DNA of 31,321 nt, from positions 1-31,321 of the forward strand of contig JALHVH010000047.1 of assembly GCA_022867105.1 (NCBI GenBank), in the 5' to 3' direction. The translations under genes were made by a program, and so were the position numbers. The stretch is from Candidatus Aminicenantes bacterium (GTDB taxonomy: Bacteria; Acidobacteriota; Aminicenantia; Aminicenantales; Saccharicenantaceae). Under the pieces are notes generated by a model. It had not been told where the DNA came from, did not search any database, and was given only the letters and a program-made list of their open reading frames with translations. Below, piece after piece: positions 18,042 through 28,237 of this stretch. Numbering within the stretch: position 1 is the stretch's first letter; every line of letters begins with the position of its first letter.

Positions 18042-18815
18042 TCAGCTTTTCCATTGGGGTGCACGTTTTTCCAGGAAGGCCCGCATCCCCTCTGCCCCCT
18101 CGTTTTCAAAGAGCGAACCGAACATTCCGGATTCCAGAGCGCAGCCGGCTTCGAAATCCATCAGGAATCCTTGACGGGTGACTTGTTTGACCAGTTTGAC
18201 GGCCCGGGGACCTTTGGAGGCGATCGTTTTTGCCAGTCCAAGGGCCGCCGGCATGAGCTCGTCGGGTTCCACGATTTTTTGGACCAATCCCATGCGCAGA
18301 GCGTCTTCGGCGCCGATCATCTCCCCCGTCAGGAGCAGGAACAGGGCGTTCCCGAGACCGATGAGCCTGGGAAGCCTCTGTGTCGCGGCATAGCCTGGGA
18401 TCACGCCCAGATTGACTTCAGGTTGGCCGAATTTGGCTTTGGCGCTGGCAATCCGGAAGTCGCAAGCCAGGGCCAGCTCGCAGCCTCCGCCGAGGGCAAA
18501 TCCGTTCACCGCCGCGATCACCGGCTTTGCGAGAAGCTCCAGGCTCCGGAATGTCCGCTGGCCCACCTTAGAGAATTGGGCGGCTTGGTCCCGGGTTTTA
18601 TCAACCATTTCGGCAATGTCGGCCCCCGCAGCGAACGCCTTTCCTTCACCCGTGATAATCAAGACTTTGATATCATCCCGTGCGCCGATCTCGGCGATCA
18701 GGTTGTCCATCTCCTGGAAAAAACGCGAGTTCAAGGCGTTCAAAGCCTGGGGCCTGGAGATGGTGACAGTGGCGATACCTTCCGCCGCTTCCATTTTCAG
18801 GATTTCATACGGCAT
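18042..18815 (-). CDS. crt: Enoyl-CoA hydratase (crotonase)
   Basis: RPQALNALN, FAAGADI, ALGGGCE and GQPEVNLGVIPG. Both catalytic Glu residues are present. Confidence 0.9.
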   Translation of the reverse strand: MPYEILKMEAAEGIATVTISRPQALNALNSRFFQEMDNLIAEIGARDDIKVLIITGEGKAFAAGADIAEMVDKTRDQAAQFSKVGQRTFRSLELLAKPVIAAVNGFALGGGCELALACDFRIASAKAKFGQPEVNLGVIPGYAATQRLPRLIGLGNALFLLLTGEMIGAEDALRMGLVQKIVEPDELMPAALGLAKTIASKGPRAVKLVKQVTRQGFLMDFEAGCALESGMFGSLFENEGAEGMRAFLEKRAPQWKS

Positions 18816-18826
18816 GCCTTTCCTCC

Positions 18827-19972
18827 TTATTCCGTCAAAAGCGATCTGGCGATCACCAGACGCTGGATTTCCGACGTGCCTTCGTAAATTTCCGTGATCC
18901 GCTGGTCGCGATAAAGCCGCTCCACCTTGTACGCTTTCATGAATCCGTATCCCCCGTGGATCTGCAGCGCTTTATGGCAGACGCGATGGGCCATTTCCGA
19001 TGCGAACAGTTTGACCATGGCCGACTCCTTGGTGAAGCGCTTATTTCCCGAATCTTTTATCCAGGCGACGCGGTAGAGCATGGTTTTCGCCACTTCGACG
19101 TCTACGGCCATGTCGGCCAGCATGAACTGCAGCGCCTGAAATTCTGAAAGCAGCTTGCCGAACTGGGTCCTTTCTTTCGAATAACGGACCGCTTCTTCCA
19201 AGGCAGCTTCGGCGATGCCGACGGCCTGCGCCGCGATTCCGACGCGGCCGCAATCCAATGTCGCCAGGGCGATGTTTAAACCGCGATTTTCCTGGCCTAA
19301 AAGGGCTTCGGCGGGAATCCGGCAGTCGGTGAACACCAATTCCGTCGTGCTGGATGTGCGGATCCCCAACTTGTCTTCGTGTTTTCCCACGGCATATCCG
19401 GGGGTCTCCTTGGGAACGAGAAAAGCGGATATTCCCTTGGCCCCCTTTTCCTTGTCCGTGCAGAAAAAGGCGATGATGACGTCGGCAAAAGAGCCGTTTG
19501 TCGTAAAATTCTTCGTGCCGTTCAAAAGATAAGAATCTCCCTGCCGAACAGCGCTGGCACGTAAGGATCCCGGGTCGCTGCCGGCACCCGCTTCCGTCAG
19601 GGAAAAACAACCCATCCATTCCCCGGAGGCCAACTTCGGAAGGAATTTCCGTTTTTGATCCTCCGTCCCAAACATGATGAGGGCATCGTTGACCAGAGAA
19701 TTCTGGACGGAGACCCCCACCGCCGTGCCCGCATCCACCTTGCTGAACTCGATCATGGCTCCGGCATAGGCGACCATGCCCAACCCCGTCCCTCCATATT
19801 CCTCCGGAACGGTCATGCCTAAATAGCCCAACTCTCCCAGTTTCTTGAGCGCGGCCAGGTTGACCTCCTGCTTGGCGTCCAATTCCTCGACAGCCGGCGC
19901 GAGCTCCTTTTCGGCGAATTTCTTCGCCCCGTCGACGACCATTTTTTGTTCTTCGGTGAATTCAAAATCCAT
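18827..19972 (-). CDS. Short-chain acyl-CoA dehydrogenase (butyryl-CoA dehydrogenase-like)
   Basis: [41 protein letters not shown] and [13 protein letters not shown]. The start is placed at ATG 19972. Confidence 0.9.
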   Translation of the reverse strand: MDFEFTEEQKMVVDGAKKFAEKELAPAVEELDAKQEVNLAALKKLGELGYLGMTVPEEYGGTGLGMVAYAGAMIEFSKVDAGTAVGVSVQNSLVNDALIMFGTEDQKRKFLPKLASGEWMGCFSLTEAGAGSDPGSLRASAVRQGDSYLLNGTKNFTTNGSFADVIIAFFCTDKEKGAKGISAFLVPKETPGYAVGKHEDKLGIRTSSTTELVFTDCRIPAEALLGQENRGLNIALATLDCGRVGIAAQAVGIAEAALEEAVRYSKERTQFGKLLSEFQALQFMLADMAVDVEVAKTMLYRVAWIKDSGNKRFTKESAMVKLFASEMAHRVCHKALQIHGGYGFMKAYKVERLYRDQRITEIYEGTSEIQRLVIARSLLTE

Positions 19973-20384
19973 GATACGTCTTTCTCCTCTCCTGAATGGT
20001 TTTCTGGATATATTCAACGATATCTTGAATATCCTCGCCCGGGCCGAAAACTTTTCCGACTCCCAATTCTTTCAGTTTTTCCTGATCTTTCGTGGGAATG
20101 ATTCCGCCTCCCGTCAACAGGCAATCGCCGAGGCCGGACTTTTCCATGAGTTCCTTGACCCGCTTGAAATGGGTCATATGGGCCCCCGACAAGATCGAGA
20201 GGCCGATGACATCGGCGTCTTCCTCGACGGCAGCCTGGACGATGGATTCCGGCGTCTGCTGCAGCCCGAGGTAAACAACTTCCATGCCGGCTTCCACCAG
20301 GGCGCGGGCGACGATCTTGACTCCGCGATCATGGCCGTCCAGCCCCGGCTTGGCGATGATGACTTTGATTTTTGGATCGGCCAT
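19962..20384 (-). CDS. icmB: Cobalamin-binding small subunit of acyl-CoA mutase
   Basis: [11 protein letters not shown] (DxHxxG), [10 protein letters not shown] and GGGIIP. Confidence 0.88.
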   Translation of the reverse strand: MADPKIKVIIAKPGLDGHDRGVKIVARALVEAGMEVVYLGLQQTPESIVQAAVEEDADVIGLSILSGAHMTHFKRVKELMEKSGLGDCLLTGGGIIPTKDQEKLKELGVGKVFGPGEDIQDIVEYIQKTIQERRKTYHGF

Positions 20385-20409
20385 CTCTCTTTCCTCTTGC
20401 TAAGAAATT

Positions 20410-22053
20410 TCAGTAAAAGGGTTGCTCCCGGTATTCTCCAAAGACTTTGATCAAAGCATCGCTGATTTCACCCTCCGTGGCCTGGACGCGCGAACACTCC
20501 AGCAGGTGCGGAATCAGATTTCCGGTCCCGGCGGCCGCTTTTTCCAAAGCCTCCAGCCGGTGTTGAACGGCGGAGTTGTCCCGTTCTTGTTTGATTTCAT
20601 GCAGGTATTCGACCTGGTCCCTTTCCACGGATTCATCGATTTCCAGGACCGGGATTTCCAAAATTTCGCCTTCATTGATGAATTGATTGACGCCGACAAG
20701 GACTTTTCTCCTGCGGGAAAGCGCGATCTGGTATTCATAGGCGGCCCGGGTGATTTCCCGCTGGCAGAATCCTTGTTCGATAGCCCTGACCATGCCCCCC
20801 AGCTCGTCGATTTTTTGGAAGTATTTTTCCGCCTCTTCCTCCAACTCATCAGTCAGTTTCTCGATATAATAAGAACCGCCCAGCGGATCGATCACGTTGG
20901 CCGCTCCGCTTTCGAAGGCAATGATTTGTTGGGTTCGGAGCGCGATTTCCACAGCTTTTTCTGAGGGAAGGGCCAAGGCTTCGTCCATGGAATTGGTGTG
21001 CAGGCTCTGGCATCCGCCCAGAACTCCGGCCAGAGCTTCCAGGGCCGTCCGAACGATGTTGATTTCCGGCTGTTGCGCCGCCAAGCTGCAGCCGGCCGTC
21101 TGAACATGAAACCGGCACAGCCAAGACCGGGGATTTTTCGCGTGATACTTTTCCTTCATGCGGCGGGCCCAAATCCGCCGGGCCGCGCGCAGCTTCGCGA
21201 TCTCCTCGAAGAAATCCAGATGGGAGTTGAAGAAGAAAGACAGTCTGGGGGCAAAATCGTCAATATCCAATCCCGCCCGGACGGCGTGTTCCACATAGGT
21301 GAAGCCGTCGGCCAGCGTGAAGGCGAGCTCCTGGGCCGCCGTGGATCCGGCCTCGCGAATATGATATCCGCTGATGGAAATCGTGTTCCATTGAGGGACA
21401 TGGTCCGCGCAAAAGGCCATGAGGTCCGTGATCAGACGCAGGTGGGGTTCCGGGGGAAAGATCCACTCCTTCTGGGCGATGTATTCCTTCAAAATGTCGT
21501 TCTGAAGCGTTCCCCGGAGCCGGTCAAAAGGGATATGTTGGTTTTCCGCGTTGGCCAAGAACATCGTGAAGATCCATGCGGCGGGAGCGTTGATGGTCAT
21601 GGAGGTTGAGACTTTGTCCAGGGGGATATCGTGAAACAAGCGTTCCATGTCGGCCGTCGTATCCACGGCGACTCCCGTTTTGCCGACTTCTCCGACCGCG
21701 AGGGCGTGATCGGAATCCCGGCCGTAAAGCGTCGGATTGTCAAAGGCGACCGATAAACCGGTTTGTCCTTTCTCCAGAAGGAATTTGTATCTCTGGTTCG
21801 TTTGAGCGGGAGTTCCCATCCCGGCAAACTGGCGCATGGTCCAAAGTCTCCCCCGGTACATCGTCGGGTGAATCCCTCGAGTGTAAGGATATTCTCCGGG
21901 GGCGCCCAGCTCCGCCGCAGCGTCGAAATCTGATAAATCTTCCCAATTGTAAAACGGTTGAAGCCGGCGTCCAGAAATTGATGAAAAATCGGCATCCCGA
22001 AGCTCGGCTTTTTGATATTGTCCCTCTTCCTGTTTCTCATTCGCCGTTTTCAC
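20410..22053 (-). CDS. icmA: Adenosylcobalamin-dependent acyl-CoA mutase large subunit, isobutyryl-CoA mutase type
   Basis: [18 protein letters not shown] (Phe), [14 protein letters not shown] (Gln), [12 protein letters not shown] and LHTNSMDEA. The start is placed at GTG 22053 behind GAGAGG; 22068 and 22080 are alternatives. Confidence 0.85.
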   Translation of the reverse strand: MKTANEKQEEGQYQKAELRDADFSSISGRRLQPFYNWEDLSDFDAAAELGAPGEYPYTRGIHPTMYRGRLWTMRQFAGMGTPAQTNQRYKFLLEKGQTGLSVAFDNPTLYGRDSDHALAVGEVGKTGVAVDTTADMERLFHDIPLDKVSTSMTINAPAAWIFTMFLANAENQHIPFDRLRGTLQNDILKEYIAQKEWIFPPEPHLRLITDLMAFCADHVPQWNTISISGYHIREAGSTAAQELAFTLADGFTYVEHAVRAGLDIDDFAPRLSFFFNSHLDFFEEIAKLRAARRIWARRMKEKYHAKNPRSWLCRFHVQTAGCSLAAQQPEINIVRTALEALAGVLGGCQSLHTNSMDEALALPSEKAVEIALRTQQIIAFESGAANVIDPLGGSYYIEKLTDELEEEAEKYFQKIDELGGMVRAIEQGFCQREITRAAYEYQIALSRRRKVLVGVNQFINEGEILEIPVLEIDESVERDQVEYLHEIKQERDNSAVQHRLEALEKAAAGTGNLIPHLLECSRVQATEGEISDALIKVFGEYREQPFY

Positions 22054-23041
22054 AGCCGGACCTCTCATTCGTGAATTCAATTTTTATCTGAGCGCAAGTT
22101 TTACGAATATAAGGATAAGGGGATTGGCGATTTTTTAAAAGACGTCCGGAGACAATCCGGATTTCCTCCCGGGCATTCGTCAGTGTTGAGAACCTTTCCC
22201 ACAAATTCTGCCGGATGGATTCCTTGATCTCGTGCTCCATGCGCGATCGTTTCTTTTCCTGGTACCGTCCGGATTGGACAATTCCCTGGATCTGTCGTTC
22301 CATCTCTGCGAAAACCTCATCTAACCCCCGGTCTTGAATGGCCGACGCCGTAAGAATCGGGGGGGCGGATTTTGTTTTTTCGCGCGCGCTGATTTCGAAC
22401 AAAAATCTTAAGGAGTCCAAAAGGGTCTCCGTGCCCGGCAGGTCGGCTTTATTGACGAGAAAAATATCACCCACCTCGAAAATCCCGGCCTTGAGCGCTT
22501 GGATGATATCTCCGGTGCCGGGCTGGAGCACAAGAATGATAAGGTCGGCGCACGTCATCACGTCCAGCTCGGCCTGACCGACTCCAACCGTTTCGATAAA
22601 TATCCGGTCCATTCCAAAAGCGTCAAAAATATCCGCCGCGTGGGGAGTTGAGGGTGAAAGCCCCCCTTGACCATCCCGGGAGGCTAGGGAGCGGATGAAG
22701 ATGTGCTGGTCGCCGCTCAAACTTTGCATGCGCACCCGGTCTCCCAAGAATGCGCCGCCCGTAAAAGGGCTGGACGGATCCACGGCGATGACGCCGACGG
22801 AATGGTTGGCCTTTAGGGCTCGGCGGGCCAGGGCTGCCGTGACAGTGCTTTTCCCAACGCCCGGAGGACCGGTGATCCCGATCCGAATCGCCCCTTTCTG
22901 ATGAGGAATGAGTTTATCCCGAATTTCGGGTATCAACTCCGGGCAATTCTCGACTTTGGTGATCAAGCGGGCGCACGCCAGCCGGCTGCCCTTAAAAAAT
23001 TCATCCCACAATTTCGGCTTGATAGAGCGTCCGGCGGGCAT
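22037..23041 (-). CDS. meaB: MeaB/ArgK family G-protein chaperone for the B12 mutase
   Basis: [38 protein letters not shown] and NKAD. The start is uncertain (ATG 23041 chosen). Confidence 0.9.
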   Translation of the reverse strand: MPAGRSIKPKLWDEFFKGSRLACARLITKVENCPELIPEIRDKLIPHQKGAIRIGITGPPGVGKSTVTAALARRALKANHSVGVIAVDPSSPFTGGAFLGDRVRMQSLSGDQHIFIRSLASRDGQGGLSPSTPHAADIFDAFGMDRIFIETVGVGQAELDVMTCADLIILVLQPGTGDIIQALKAGIFEVGDIFLVNKADLPGTETLLDSLRFLFEISAREKTKSAPPILTASAIQDRGLDEVFAEMERQIQGIVQSGRYQEKKRSRMEHEIKESIRQNLWERFSTLTNAREEIRIVSGRLLKNRQSPYPYIRKTCAQIKIEFTNERSGCENGE

Positions 23042-23129
23042 TTCTGACTTCAGGAAAACTCCTTCCCCTCGAACTCCGAGACCGTCTGATAAAACGCATA
23101 AAGAATATATCGCCAAAGAAGGATCGAAG

Positions 23130-24353
23130 TCAAGAAAGAGGAAAAGGCTGTCTTCCTAATCGTTTCTGGAACTCTTGGGTCAGCTTGGGGACAACCGCAA
23201 AAAGATCGGCCACGACACCGTAGGTGGCGATTTTAAAGATGGGAGCATCGGGGTCCTTGTTGATGGCCACAATGATATCCGATGTCTTCATCCCGGCCTG
23301 ATGCTGAACGGAGCCCGAGATGCCGCAGGCGATATAGATCTTAGCCCGGACGGTTCGACCGGTCTGCCCGACCTGGTGTTCGTAAGGAATCCAGCCTGAG
23401 TCGACGGCCGCGCGCGAAGCGCCCACGGCTGCGCCCAAGACTCCCGCGAGCTCCCGAATCACCTTAAAATTCTCGGCGCTTCCGACCCCTCTTCCTCCCG
23501 AGACAATGATCTCCGCATCAGCCAGATTGACGGTCTCCGTTCCTTTGATGAATTCCAAGATCTTTGTTCTGACCTCGTCCTCGGTCATCTGGAGGGTCTC
23601 CCGGATGATCTCTCCTTTTCTTGAATCATCCCTCGGGGGCATGGCGAAAACCTTGGACCGGACGGTCGACATTTGGGGGCGGTAACCGGGATAATCGAGA
23701 ATCGTCGCCATGATGTTTCCACCGAAAGCCGGCCGCGTCTGTTTAAGATATTTTGTTTCCGGATCGATGTCCAAACCGGTGCAGTCCGCGGTCAATCCCA
23801 CCTCAAGAGTCGTGGCCACGGCCCCCGCGAAATCGCGGCCCTGGGTCGTCGCCCCGAAGAGAACGATCTCGGGCTTGTATTTCCGGATGAGATCGACGGC
23901 GGCCCTGGTATAGGGATCGGTGCGATATTGTTTCAGCAAGGGGCTTTCCATGACATAGACCTTTTCCGCGCCATGGGCAATGGCCTCTGGGACAAAATGA
24001 TCGATGTCATCCTGATCCCCGAAAAGCATTCCGCATACTTGAGATCCCAGGGCATCGGCCAGTTTCCTTCCCTCACCCAAGAGTTCAAAGGAAACGCTCG
24101 AAACCTTTTCCTGCTCGTGCTCGATGAAGGCCCAGACATTTTTATGGGCGCCGGTGTCAACGGGAACGGCTTTTTCCTCCTTTTCTACGGTGATGGCGCC
24201 GACCGGACAGGCATCGACACAAGCGCTGCAGAAATTGCATCTCTCATCGGCCACGGCAATCCCGTCCTTCATGCCTAATGAGCCGAAGGGACAGGAAGGG
24301 ATACAGGCCTCGCATCCCGTACAGGTATCGGCATCGATGATCAATCTGGCCAT
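23130..24353 (-). CDS. etfA: Electron transfer flavoprotein alpha subunit with N-terminal 2[4Fe-4S] ferredoxin domain
   Basis: N-terminal CTGCEACIPSCP and CNFCSACVDACP. The ETF-alpha body has GLTADC, QTRPAFGGN, SGGRG, QVGQTG, CGISG..QH and AINKD. Confidence 0.93.
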   Translation of the reverse strand: MARLIIDADTCTGCEACIPSCPFGSLGMKDGIAVADERCNFCSACVDACPVGAITVEKEEKAVPVDTGAHKNVWAFIEHEQEKVSSVSFELLGEGRKLADALGSQVCGMLFGDQDDIDHFVPEAIAHGAEKVYVMESPLLKQYRTDPYTRAAVDLIRKYKPEIVLFGATTQGRDFAGAVATTLEVGLTADCTGLDIDPETKYLKQTRPAFGGNIMATILDYPGYRPQMSTVRSKVFAMPPRDDSRKGEIIRETLQMTEDEVRTKILEFIKGTETVNLADAEIIVSGGRGVGSAENFKVIRELAGVLGAAVGASRAAVDSGWIPYEHQVGQTGRTVRAKIYIACGISGSVQHQAGMKTSDIIVAINKDPDAPIFKIATYGVVADLFAVVPKLTQEFQKRLGRQPFPLS

Positions 24354-24435
24354 TCCCTTATCCTCCTCTTCATCAAAGACGCTTAGCGCTCACGTGTTGA
24401 TCCTGCAGGCGGCGGACGCCATGCACAGAATGATA

Positions 24436-25233
24436 TTATTTGATAAATTTCGTGTCCATCAGCTTGTGCGCAAGAAGGGGAACCACCTCCGCCAATTCCC
24501 CTTTCAAAATATCACCGCCGGCTCCTCTGGCCTCCGGGGAAAAGACCCTCACCACCCAGGTCGGCGATCCTTTCAACCCGATTCGATTCTCATCCGCGCC
24601 GATATCCTTGGCGGCCAAGATGGGGATCTGAGCCTTAGCGACCCTTTTGATTCCCAGCAGAGAAGGGTGTCTGGGCTCATTGATATCCTTGACAACCGTC
24701 ATCAAGGCAGGCAGCGAAGACTCCACAACCTCTCTCCCGTTCTCCAGCAGCCGTTCTACCACAATTCTCTTCCTATCGGGATCGATCTCCCTGACCTTCG
24801 AAACATACGTCAGTTGAGGAATTCCCATGCGGGTCGCAACGCCCGGCCCGACTTGAGCGGTATCCCCATCGATGGCCTGCTTTCCGCAAATCACCAGGTC
24901 CGCGCCGCCGATCGTCTGGATCATCTTGGCCAAGGTGTACGCCGTGGCCAGCGTGTCCGCCCCCGCGAATGCCTTGTCTGAGATCAGATAGACCTTATCC
25001 GCGCCCACCGCCAGAGCATTTTTCAAGACCTCGACAGCCTGAGGAGGGCCCATGCTAATGACGTGGACTTCTCCGCCATGTTTTTCCTTGATACGAAGGG
25101 CTTCTTCGACGGCATACTCATCGAAGGGATTGGTGATGCTGGCGACGCCCTCCCGAATCAAGGTGTTCGTCTCAGGGTTGATCTTCACGTCCGTGGTATC
25201 CGGAACCTGTTTGATGCATACCGCGATCTTCAC
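24436..25233 (-). CDS. etfB: Electron transfer flavoprotein beta subunit
   Basis: VCIKQVPDT, NPFDEYAVEEAL, GADTLAT and GKQAIDGDTAQVG. The start is placed at GTG 25233 behind GAGGAG. Confidence 0.93.
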   Translation of the reverse strand: MKIAVCIKQVPDTTDVKINPETNTLIREGVASITNPFDEYAVEEALRIKEKHGGEVHVISMGPPQAVEVLKNALAVGADKVYLISDKAFAGADTLATAYTLAKMIQTIGGADLVICGKQAIDGDTAQVGPGVATRMGIPQLTYVSKVREIDPDRKRIVVERLLENGREVVESSLPALMTVVKDINEPRHPSLLGIKRVAKAQIPILAAKDIGADENRIGLKGSPTWVVRVFSPEARGAGGDILKGELAEVVPLLAHKLMDTKFIK

Positions 25234-25376
25234 GTTCTCCTCTTTCTCTTCTTTTAAAATTGGGTTTTCACGCATTCCCAGAAGCACGGATGAAGCCGCA
25301 GGGAAGCGCGATGCGGGCATAAAGAATTATTATCAGAATCCATGTTGCCAAAAGATATATCATCGGACAATATCAC

Positions 25377-25399
25377 GAGTCAATCATCCGCATTGACTC
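25377..25399. promoter_or_regulatory. Perfect palindrome GAGTCAAT-N7-ATTGACTC upstream of etfB, overlapping a candidate -35 (TTGACT, minus strand)
   Basis: 8-bp arms at 25377-25384 and 25392-25399, about 145 nt upstream of the etfB start. Confidence 0.4.
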
Positions 25400-25971
25400 A
25401 CGTAATATGTTACCCAAATCCCATGAAGGATAGGGTGACATGCACAGGATGGACATGCGATCTCGCGAACAGTATCTGAAAGCCCTCTTGGGACGGTATC
25501 TCAGGGCCCGGAAGAGGGGGAAAAGCGCGCTCTTGGATGAGTACTGCCGTAATACGGGCATGGCCCGCAAGTCGGCCCTCCGGAAGATAGCCGGCCTCCT
25601 TAAGGGGGAATCCCCGCCCCGGAAGCAGAGATGGCCGGTGTACGGGAGGCCGGGGGGAATCTCATCGCCAAGAAGATCCCGCTCAAAATGACCGATTGGG
25701 ACCTCCGCCAAGTCGGGTTCTTGGAGATGGACTTGGTCCTTCACTGCGGGGCTTCGACGGCCGGCGAGTATGCCCACAGCCTCTCCGCAGAGCTTGACCT
25801 GATCAATGACCTGTACAGAAACGAGTTGCGGCTCTACAAGAACTTCTTCCAACCGGTGATGAGACTGGAGCGCAAGGAGCGAGTCAATGGAAAAAAGCTC
25901 GACCCTTCTTCGGTATCATTTTCGGTGACGTAATGACTACTGTTTCGGTAACATGGTTAAATGAGTTGACA
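25394..25971 (+). mobile_element. Internally deleted insertion-sequence remnant (integrase-core/DDE transposase family)
   Basis: Transposase-like fragments: MDMRSREQYL...KSALLDEYCRNTGMARKSALRKI (25440-~25645), GFLEMDLVLHCG...GEYAHSL and INDLYRNELRLYKNFFQPVM (~25670-25897), in different frames. Imperfect terminal inverted repeats share ACTCA..TAA..ATGTTACC. The exact ends are approximate. Confidence 0.7.
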
Positions 25972-25996
25972 CGGAGGGGCAATCCGGCCTAAATCG

Positions 25997-26082
25997 GGGA
26001 CACAATACCAATTTCCGAATTTCCTGAAACGCCGAGTTTTCAAGGGGAGAATTCACGAATTCGGAAATTGGTATTGTGTCCC
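25997..26082. repeat. Perfect 25-bp inverted repeat (REP/MITE-like) with 36-nt spacer
   Basis: GGGACACAATACCAATTTCCGAATT (25997-26021) and its exact reverse complement (26058-26082). Confidence 0.9.
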
Positions 26083-26110
26083 TATTTTCTCGCCGGGCCC
26101 GAATTCCATC

Positions 26111-26139
26111 TTGTAAATCCCCGGCCTTTTCGACATAAT
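26111..26139 (+). promoter_or_regulatory. Putative sigma70 promoter for potABCD
   Basis: TTGTAA (26111-26116), 17-nt spacer, CATAAT (26134-26139). Confidence 0.5.
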
Positions 26140-26180
26140 AAAAATCTTCGTTGACAAGTTCGGAAGAGGAGTGCCGGCGG

Positions 26181-27353
<1,173 letters not shown>

Positions 27354-27365
27354 CGGCGCCGGCGG

Positions 27366-28229
27366 ATGAAGACGGGCACCCGAAAGAAGCTTCAGGAAGC
27401 GCTCGTTTCCTCTCCTTCGCTCCTCTGGTTGGGTCTTTTTTTCCTCTTCCCGACGCTTCTCGTTTTCGTCCTCGCCCTGCGGCCGGCGAATCCTTACGGG
27501 GGCATCGGCCAAGGCTGGACGCTCGAGAACATCCGCCGGCTGGCCGATCCTTCCTATCTGGAAGTCGCCCGGCGCACCCTGGAGATCAGCCTCGTGACGA
27601 CCGTCATCTGCCTGCTCCTGGCCGTCCCCATCGGATACTACCTCGCCCGCGTTTCCCTGAAATGGCGAAATCTATTCCTGATGCTCATCATCATCCCCTT
27701 CTGGACGAACTTCCTCATCCGGGTCTTTGCCTGGAAGGTTCTCCTCCATCCTGAGGGGCCCATCAAGCACATCCTCGTTTTCCTGGGATTGGCCGGACCC
27801 CAGACTTCGCTCCTCTATAACGCCGGCGCCGTCGTCCTGGTCTCGGTCTACACGTTCCTGCCGTTCACCATCCTCCCCATCTACGCCGCCGCCGACAAGT
27901 TCGACTTCCAGCTCCTGGAAGCCGCCCGCGACCTGGGGGCCAGAAGGTTCCAGGCTTTTCGCAGGATCTTCCTGCCCGGGATCCGGCGCGGCCTCTTCAC
28001 GGCCGTCCTGTTTGTCTTCATCCCGGCGCTCGGCTCCTATATCATCCCCGACATCGTCGGCGGGCCCGGCGGAGAGCTCATCGGCAACAAGATCGCCCAG
28101 CGGGTTTTTGTCGACCGCAACCTTCCCCTAGCCAGCGCCATATCCGCGGTGCTCATCCTGTCGGTCCTGGCGCCGCTCGCCGCCGTCCTGTTCCTTCAAC
28201 CCAAGGACGAGCGGCCGGAGATCTTGTAG
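27366..28229 (+). CDS. potB: Spermidine/putrescine ABC transporter permease
   Basis: IPFWTNFLIR, YTFLPF.ILPIY, the EAA motif LLEAARDLGA and VFIPALG. Confidence 0.9.
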   Translation: MKTGTRKKLQEALVSSPSLLWLGLFFLFPTLLVFVLALRPANPYGGIGQGWTLENIRRLADPSYLEVARRTLEISLVTTVICLLLAVPIGYYLARVSLKWRNLFLMLIIIPFWTNFLIRVFAWKVLLHPEGPIKHILVFLGLAGPQTSLLYNAGAVVLVSVYTFLPFTILPIYAAADKFDFQLLEAARDLGARRFQAFRRIFLPGIRRGLFTAVLFVFIPALGSYIIPDIVGGPGGELIGNKIAQRVFVDRNLPLASAISAVLILSVLAPLAAVLFLQPKDERPEIL

Positions 28230-28237
28230 GAGAACGC

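Noticed and set aside
16896-18887. 663-aa + strand ORF antisense to the dehydrogenase and crotonase genes
   Set aside because: It has no recognisable motifs and fully overlaps two well-supported genes. It is consistent with a shadow ORF from codon bias in GC-rich DNA.
13657-19972. Near-identical 11-nt start/stop overlaps ATGGA(A/T)TTTGA at 13657-13667 (+) and 19972-19962 (-)
   Set aside because: Explained by common M-E/D-F-E starts with translational coupling. Too short to imply shared origin.
20410-22053. Methylmalonyl-CoA mutase
   Set aside because: It has Phe/Gln instead of Tyr/Arg at the specificity positions, and there is no epimerase nearby.
25909-25953. Short TTCGGT repeats as a CRISPR array
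   Set aside because: The repeats are about 10 bp, irregularly spaced and have no cas genes. They fit IS subterminal repeats better.
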